Shown here piece after piece: positions 33,521-41,191 of a stretch of DNA of 41,191 bases; the stretch's first letter is position 1; the number at the start of each line of letters is the position of its first letter. This DNA comes from Nemertoderma westbladi. Lineage: Eukaryota > Animalia > Xenacoelomorpha. A program made the position numbers and the translations under genes. Below the pieces are notes generated by a model. It was given only the letters and a program-made list of their open reading frames with translations, ran no database searches and was not told where the DNA came from. Location of the stretch: NCBI GenBank assembly GCA_032718475.1, contig JAUCBJ010001268.1, forward strand, positions 1 to 41,191, given 5' to 3'.

Positions 33521-33610
33521 TATAATATAACTTTATTATAACGTGAGTTAAAATATTTTTAATACCCAGATTTTAAGGTTATATTATCGGTTATTAAGGA
33601 CTATTTAGAA

Positions 33611-33976
33611 TACTATTTTACATATAATAATAACTAATTACTTACTCCTACAAAATATTTTTAATACACATTATTTTACGGAGATATAATATATTTTTAA
33701 TACATAATTATCTTTTTACTAAGGGGCAACTCTTAACCCCAAATTTATGCTAAATAAAAGATAAAGTTATTGATGAACTGTGTATAAGTCTACATTATAT
33801 AGATATAAATCTACTATTTTACATATAATAATAACTAATTACTTACTCCTACAAAATATTTTTAATACACATTATTTTACGGAGATATAATATATTTTTA
33901 ATACATAATTATCTTTTTACTAAGGGGCAGCTCTTAACCCCAAATTTATGCTAAATAAATGATAAAGTTATTGATG
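33611..33976 (+). repeat. 165-bp direct duplication in the LINE 3' UTR
   Basis: 33611-33775 is nearly identical to 33812-33976 (offset 201). Confidence 0.9.
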
Positions 33977-34062
33977 GTTGTTATTCTGTATATTGTTATA
34001 GTTAATGTGAGTTAATTATTCAAACATTGATTAAATATAGCGCCGGAGCCATCCCGGATTTT

Positions 34063-34098
<36 letters not shown>

Positions 34099-34099
<1 letters not shown>

Positions 34100-34862
34100 A
34101 CGTAGACGTACACGTAGACGTACATGTAGACGTACACGTAGACGTACACGTAGACGTACATGTAGACGTACACGTAGACGTACACGTAGACGTACACGTA
34201 GACGTACACGTAGACGTACACGTAGACGTACACGTAGACGTACACGTAGATGTACACGTAGACGTAGACGTAGACGTACACGTAGACGTACACGTAGACG
34301 TACACGTAGACGTACACGTAGACGTACACGTAGACGTACACGTAGACGTACACGTAGACGTACACGTAGACGTACACGTAGACGTACACGTAGACGTACA
34401 CGTAGACGTACACGTAGACGTACACGTAGACGTAGACGTACACGTAGACGTACACGTAGACGTAGACGTACATGTAGACGTACACGTAGACGTACACGTA
34501 GACGTACACGTAGACGTACACGTAGACGTACACGTAGACGTAGACGTACACGTAGACGTACACGTAGACGTACACGTAGACGTACACGTAGACGTACACG
34601 TAGACGTACACGTAGACGTAGACGTACACGTAGACGTACACGTAGACGTAGACGTAGACGTACACGTAGACGTACACGTAGACGTAGACGTACACGTAGA
34701 CGTACACGTAGACGTACACGTAGACGTACACGTACACGTACACGTACCGTACACGTACACTTACACGTACACGTACACGTACATGTAGACGTAGACGTAC
34801 ACGTACACGTACACGTACACGTAGACGTACACGCACACGTACACGTACACGTACACGTACAC
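34099..34862. repeat. Right part of the microsatellite, mainly (ACACGTAGACGT)n
   Basis: Begins directly after the LINE poly(A). Confidence 0.98.
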
Positions 34863-34910
34863 TTGAATGTCCAACGAAAAAAAGCAACGAAAAAAAGCAA
34901 CGATATATAT

Positions 34911-35217
34911 AATTATGGAAAGCGGGCTTTTTCTGTGTCTGCCCAGTTGGTATGGAATGCACTGCCAAACGAAGTTCCATCAGCACCGTGTCTCTAGCAT
35001 CGTTTAAGACCAAAAATTAAAGACCCACTATTTTAAATATGAATACGAACTCTAACGTTTTTATAAATTTTTATTAGTATCAACCTTTTCTTTTTATTGT
35101 GTATATAGATCATAAACTGTATTCCGTTTTATATGTACGTTTGATTGTCAGGCCTTTTATTTATTGAGTGGTGGGCGCCTAGAACAAGGCGTGATAGAAA
35201 TATATTATTATCATTAT
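34911..35217 (+). mobile_element. Degenerate 3' fragment of an L2/CR1-group LINE
   Basis: Translates as YGKRAFSVSAQLVWNALPNEV...SLASFKTK.LKTHYF with frameshifts, the L2 ORF2 C-terminal motif; followed by GGCGCC..AGGCG and an (ATT)n-like tail. Confidence 0.75.
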
Positions 35218-35220
35218 GTT

Positions 35221-36285
35221 AACACTGAAGGCAACCCGAGGGCTCACCTCTTCGGCGGGGGAGGTGTGAGGGCCCCACATTAACCCCGAAGGGTAAATTA
35301 ATGCTACGAGACTATCCAAACCTTTCCTATACCGGTACCAGGCGCGGATCCAGAGGGGGGGGGGGGGGGCTGAGGGGGCTCTAGCCCCTCCCATGAGTCA
35401 TGACCAGACCAGACCATGAAGTATACGAGGATCCGCTTTGACTTATAATAATGTAATTATACCCACGTTTAGTAATAATTAGGAAAACACACACTGGTTA
35501 TATTAAAGGGAGCTTGCAAATGCCCAACTTCTTTATTTGTCGGTACCAACATACAACCGGTCTTAATTTTTTTTCGCTAAAATTTTTGAAAAAAATGATG
35601 TTTTAGCTAAAAACAAAGTATTGTTTTTAGATGTGTATACTGTATATTTGACCTATATTACATAAATAAACATTGTGGTGTTGTAGCCCTTCAAATCTAA
35701 GCCATCAAGCTTGCTCTTAGTACTAGCTTCCCAAATTATTTGCCCATTTAGTGATTAACCATTGATCGAAATCCACCATGTTAGCGTGATAAGGCTACCT
35801 CAATAAGGCTACAATGTCTGCGTTTCATAAACATAGATTGCCAAAGCCAACCCTGTATGGAGATCACGAGTAGAGCCGGAATATTGTCAGGTGTATAATA
35901 TCAAATATATAGTCAAATGAGGTTGATAATAGATATCAGGAAATAGCCTTCAGATTTGGAATCTCCATTACATTCGCCACACCACCGGCAACAGGAGGAG
36001 ATCATAAAAAAATAAGGATCCTAAATAGGGAGCGCTAACAACCCCTCCACCCTTAACTAAAACAATCCACCACCACGGAGGGCCTTAGTTGTGTCCTCGG
36101 CCTCTGATTATGGTCCACCTCAGCCCCTCCCTAGCAAATTCCTGGATCCTCCCCTGACCGGTACTACCTCAGCAGAAGCCTGGTCCCCAGCTGGGTTGGC
36201 GCATCAGTTACGAGATTTATAACTGGCTTGACACGGGATCGAATCCGGAACCTCCCAGCCAGAAAGCGAAGGTCCACTATGAATT
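35221..36285 (-). mobile_element. tRNA-derived SINE-like element interrupted by the hAT MITE
   Basis: Minus-strand tRNA-like head with B-box GGATTCGATCCC at ~36235-36246; the body continues across the TSD to ...GCCCTCGGGTTGCCTTCAGTGTT and an AT-rich tail. Confidence 0.5.
35339..36156. mobile_element. Non-autonomous hAT-superfamily DNA transposon (MITE), 818 bp
   Basis: Imperfect TIRs CAGGCGCGGATCCAG / CTGGATCCTCCCCTG; perfect 8-bp TSD ACCGGTAC at 35331-35338 and 36157-36164; no ORF. Confidence 0.88.
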
Positions 36286-37420
36286 AATAGTCAGTTAATT
36301 TTAAAAATAAAATTATTGATATTATTGAGCGACAATATTGATTTCTTTCACAATTTCTTTGTATATTTAAGTGAGAGAAAGTGAAATTTCAGATAAAATG
36401 AATTAATTATGTGGCACAATAATATGAATAAATAAATTAAATAAGAATTTGATAATACCAGATCTTCATAAAATAATGTCAAGCACCAATGTCAAGCTAA
36501 CCACTATATAGATACAATAATTAATACAGCTCATCACGTACAAATAGCCTATTAATAGTAATGGTATCATTGAAACATTACACAAACTCTAATTAGAATA
36601 TTAATTTATCTATTTTTAGTTAACAAAAATTATATACAGACATTAAAAAGTTTACAAATATATTGTTGCTACAATATGGTAGGTTAGGGGATGACCAAGT
36701 ACCGTTTACACACGTACTATGTATTTGGGACGCACCACGTAGTGAGTGAAGACTTTAGCATATGGATATAATACATATATTATTTCTGAATGTCAGTCGG
36801 TCAGAGTAGTTTTCAATTAATAGGATACTTTGTTTCCTTACTGTTTGCGTACAAAGAGTTAATAAAGTACACTAGGTAGGTCCTTTAATGTTTAAGAGTA
36901 AATATTTAAGTATGTAAGTATGTTAGAGTATTCGTATAAATATAACTACAGTATTAAGTATTTTATTTACCGAACAATATGTAGTTTTTTTATGTCGTGT
37001 TTTTGCTATAAATGTACGTTGCTAACTTGAAGTGTTTTGACTGGAGTATGACTTGATAACGATACATCTTGACAACGCACGTGTATAATATTTAGTAGAT
37101 TAGTGCATTCGTGATACCGGTGATACCAACGACTAACAATGACAATCACAGGTATTTAACGATGTGCAGATATAAACAGACTGAGGGCCGAAGGTTCGTG
37201 TTCTATATACCCAAACGATAGGAATACATGATGGGCTTTTACATCTGATTTACTCGTCTACTGGAATACAGGGAACCACAGTTGTTCACATTGTGTTTCA
37301 TTTCAGCCTATATGTTTGTTTAGTACTGGTACCAGGTCTGTAAGCCTACCTACGAATGAATAATCATACATTAATAAATATTTACAACTATCAGTTTCTG
37401 ATAACAGTAACTGGTATTTA

Positions 37421-37582
37421 CAGTATAGTACATCCTACAGTACAGTACATCCTACAGTACAGTACATCATACAGTACAGTACATCCCACAGTACAGTACA
37501 TCCTACAGTACAGTACATCCTACAGTACAGTACATCCTACAGTACAGTACATCCTACAGTACAGTACATCCTACAGTACATC
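37421..37582. repeat. 17-bp minisatellite (CAGTACAGTACATCCTA)n, ~9 copies
   Basis: Directly visible. Confidence 0.93.
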
Positions 37583-37861
37583 ATTTTATAGTGATAGTAT
37601 ATCAGCGGTACATTAAGTCTATTTTAACGATAAACTAATTAAATATTATATTATTATGTCTACATGTTAGCGAAATACTGTACGTAATTTTATTATTAAA
37701 TCATAACTTTCAAGAAGGTAAAACGTACCGACACCTAGTAAGGTTCTAGATTACCTAGGAGGCTCCAGGTACAACCCGGCATCAGGTATCAGGTAATACA
37801 GTAGTACTACTAAGTACCTACGCACCAGATACTACCGTAGGATACGAAGGTCTAAATGGGA

Positions 37862-38030
37862 TGACTGATTGATTGATTGATTTAATTACCGAAACATAAA
37901 TTTAAAAGTACAACGGATAAAAATAGTTACAGGTTAAAAGCACATAAAAGTTTAACATTTAAGACAATGAATGGGATAGCATCTTGAGGCAAAGCCTCGT
38001 TTTCAAGAAAGTCCCTTCTTGAATGGCGAT
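37862..38030 (-). mobile_element. Possible LINE 3' UTR end with an (ATCA)n tail
   Basis: (TGAT)n at 37862-37882 and stem-loop CTTGAGGCAAAGCCTC..TCAAG at 37983-38007, as in CR1/L2-group 3' ends; no coding remnant seen. Confidence 0.35.
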
Positions 38031-38202
38031 GAAGATCCCAATAGGTAGAATTTGCAATGCTAAATTATTAATTGAAAAGAACAGGGAAAGGAGCCGGTTA
38101 CAGTGGCACGTTATTCAACCAAAACAATAAACGAGAGTCAATAACACAGGTTACAGGACGATATTTACTGGACGATAATTAGGAAGTAAAGCTAAACTGT
38201 TG

Positions 38203-40242
38203 CCATTAGGTAGTACCAGTTGCCTAGGCGGTTAATACTACGGTAGTACCTGATGCCTAGGCGGTTAATACTACGGTAGTACCTGATGCCTAGGCGGTTA
38301 TTACTACGGTAGTACCTGATGCCTAGGCGGTTAATACTACGGTAGTACCTGATGCCTAGGCGGTTAATACTACGGTAGTACCTGATGCCTAGGCGGTTTA
38401 TACTACGGTAGTACCTGATGCCTAGGCGGTTAATACTACGGTAGTACCTGATGCCTAGGCGGTTATTACTACGGTAGTACCTGATGCCTAGGCAGTTATT
38501 ACTACGGCAGTACCTGATGCCTAGGCGGTTAATACTACGGTAGTACCTGATGCCTAGGCGGTTAATACTACAGTAGTACCTGATGCCTAGGCGGTTAATA
38601 CTACGGTTGTACCTGATACATGGGTGGTTAATACTACGGTAGTACCTGAAGCCTAGGCGGTTAATACTACGGTAGTACCTGATGCCTAGGCGGTTAATAC
38701 TACGGTAGTACCTGATGCCTAGGCGGTTTATACTACGGTAGTACCTGATGCCTAGGCGTTTAATACTACGGTAGTACCTGAAGCCTATGCGGTTAATACT
38801 ACGGTAGTACCTGATGCCTAAGCGGTTAATACTACGGTAGTACCTGATGCCTAGGCGGTTAATACTACGGTAGTACCTGATGCCTAGGCGGTTTATACTA
38901 CGGTAGTACCTGATGCCTAGGCGGTTAATACTACGGTAGTACCTGATGCCTAGGCGGTTAATACTACGGTAGTACCTGATGCCTAGGCGGGTAATACTAC
39001 GGTAGTACCTGATGCCTAGGCGGTTAATACTACGGTAGTACCTGATGCCTAGGCGGGTAATACTACGGTAGTACATGGTGCCTAGGCTGTTAATACTACG
39101 GTAGTACCTGATGCCTAGGCGGTTATTACTACGGTAGTACCTGATGCCTAGGCGGTTAATACTACGGTAGTACCTGATGCCTAGGCGGTTTATACTACGG
39201 TAGTACCTGATGCCTAGGCGGTCAATACTACGGTAGTACCTGATCCCTATGCGGTTAATACTACGGTAGTACCTGATGCCTAGGTGGTTAATACTACGGT
39301 AGTACCTGATGCCTAGGCGGTTAATACTACGGTAGTACCTGATGCCTAGGCGGTTTATACTACGGTAGTACCTGATGCCTAGGCGGTTAATACTACGGTA
39401 GTACCTGATGCCTAGGCGGTTATTACTACGGTAGTACCTGATGCCTAGGCAGTTATTACTACGGTAGTACCTGATGCCTAGGCGGTTAATACTACGGTAG
39501 TACCTGATGCCTAGGCGGTTAATATTACAGTAGTACCTGATGCCTAGGCGGTTAATACTACGGTAGTACCTGATACATGGGTGGTTAATACTACGGTAGT
39601 ACCTGATGCCTAGGCGGTTAATACTACGGTAGTACCTGATGCCTAGGCGGTTAATACTACGGTAGTACCTGATGCCTAGGCGGTTTATACTACGGTAGTA
39701 CCTGATGCCTAGGCGTTTAATACTACGGTAGTACCTGATGCCTATGCGGTTAATACTACGGTAGTACCTGATGCCTAAGCGGTTAATACTACGGTAGTAC
39801 CTGATGCCTAGGCGGTTAATACTACGGTAGTACCAGTTGCCTAGGCGGTTAATACTACGGTAGTACCTGATGCCTAGGCGGTTAATACTACGGTAGTACC
39901 AGTTGCCTAGGCGGTTAATACTACGGTAGTACCTGATGCCTAGGCGGTTAATACTACGGTAGTACCTGATGCCTAGGCGGTTTATACTACGGTAGTACCT
40001 GATGCCTAGGCGGTTAATACTACGGTAGTACCTGATGCCTAGGCGGTTAATACTACGGTAGTACCAGTTGCCTAGGCGGTTAATACTACGGTAGTACCTG
40101 ATGCCTAGGCGGTTAATACTACGGTAGTACCTGATGCCTAGGCGGTTTATACTACGGTAGTACCTGATGCCTAGGCGGTTTATACTACGGTAGTACCTGA
40201 TGCCTAGGCGGTTTATACTACGGTAGTACCTGATGCCTAGGC
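38203..40242. repeat. 33-bp satellite (TACGGTAGTACCTGATGCCTAGGCGGTTAATAC)n, ~61 copies
   Basis: Directly visible period of 33; variant pattern repeated at an offset of 957 bp. Confidence 0.97.
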
Positions 40243-40531
40243 ATGTTGTACTACGTTAGTACTGAGTGCCGAGGCACCACATACTACGGAAGTATATTTT
40301 CGAGGTAGTATTAGCTGCCTGATACACCGGTACACCGTTACATCGGTACTGTAAGAAACTCAACTCATGAAAACCAAGAATAAAACAAAACATGTTCAAG
40401 GTAATAAATAATAAATATTATACATTTGAGGTAGGTAATGGTAGTAAAATAATTTATCGTTCAAAAATTGTATAAATCGATACCGGGAAATAATAATAAT
40501 AGTAAATAAATATTGTTTAAAATTACTACAC

Positions 40532-40702
40532 CCATACAGTTGTTTGTTTTGTTATGTCTTGCATATTATCTGAATTGATGACAGGCCACGTTATAGTGTC
40601 TTTAGATTCTTGGCTATAAGAGTTTTGTGTTGCTTTGCAGTCTATCAGGAGAATGGCTATGTTAAATATAAGTGTAACAGCTACCAGACTGAATGGAAAC
40701 AT
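40532..40702 (-). CDS. Possible first coding exon of a secreted or membrane protein
   Basis: Acceptor-like TTTTTCTTGCAG (minus, ending 40723); MFPFSLVAVTLIFNIAILLIDCKA resembles a signal peptide; GT follows ...TTVW. No homology recognised. Confidence 0.35.
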
Positions 40703-41191
40703 AAAGACCACCTGGTAGGAATCTGCAAGAAAAATGTTTTATGTTAGAAATGTTGAAAATTTAAAAATCGAGTACATGAATGACAACTAAATAAATTGAA
40801 AAAGTATTCGGTTTAAACTAAAGCGTTAAAGTGTATAATATTGTGGTGTTTTGTGTTGATTGGTGGAAATGTGTTAGAGGAAAGAGGGATGGCCTAGCCC
40901 CGGGAAAAAGGAGGTAATATGTGTTGAATGATGAATCGGTGATGGAGAGGGGAGAATGGGGGTATAATGTTCTTAATCTCCGGATATATAATCGGCAGAT
41001 AAACATATAATACGTGAGTCAACAGTACAGCAGTATTCCCTAAATGCTGTATATTCTACAACACTATATCTCTCCCTTCCTTTTTTTTTTACTTCGATAC
41101 TCCCTGCAAAAATCTAAGTTCATGAACAGTTAGCACCATCTTATAGTCAATTTCTACCGGATTGTAAATTTACTAGGGTTTCTTCCGTTTC

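Larger units (their letters stand above)
25921..34098 (+). mobile_element. Apparently full-length APE-RT non-LTR retrotransposon (LINE, RTE-X-like by motif) with a Ulp1-type protease in ORF1
   Basis: Bounded on both sides by the microsatellite; ORF1 region, APE, RT, AT-rich 3' UTR and A35 tail at 34064-34098. The clade call rests only on the QEHWL and GVRQGGILSP motifs. Confidence 0.9.

Noticed and set aside
38192-39076. 294-aa YYRSINRLGIR repeat ORF, and repeat ORFs at 736-1146, 9596-9987, 11662-12837 and 37356-37616
   Set aside because: Artefacts of tandem repeats lacking stops in one frame.

Overview
This is eukaryotic, probably invertebrate animal, repeat-rich DNA. The core (13.2-34.9 kb) is one large (ACACGT)n/(ACACGTAGACGT)n microsatellite holding two full-length retrotransposons. 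The first is a GalEa-type Copia LTR element (13277-23801, minus) whose gag is interrupted by an intact Mag-type Gypsy element (17650-22588, plus). The second is an ~8.2 kb poly(A)-tailed APE-RT LINE (25921-34098, plus). Its unusually long ORF1 region encodes a Cys-rich domain, a 10-aa Pro/Thr repeat, a Ulp1/SENP-like (C48) cysteine protease, a coiled coil and an RRM-like domain. Left of the core are a BEL/Pao-derived gag-protease ORF with a collapsed, RT-less pol, several minisatellites, a foldback palindrome and the last exon of a 15-PGDH-like SDR gene whose catalytic Tyr is replaced by Phe. Right of it are an L2 3' fragment, a tRNA-derived SINE interrupted by a hAT MITE with an 8-bp TSD, 17-bp and 33-bp satellites, and a possible signal-peptide exon. 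The best candidate for an undescribed system is the Ulp1-carrying LINE in the hexanucleotide microsatellite. All calls come from reading motifs by eye; no database searches were run.
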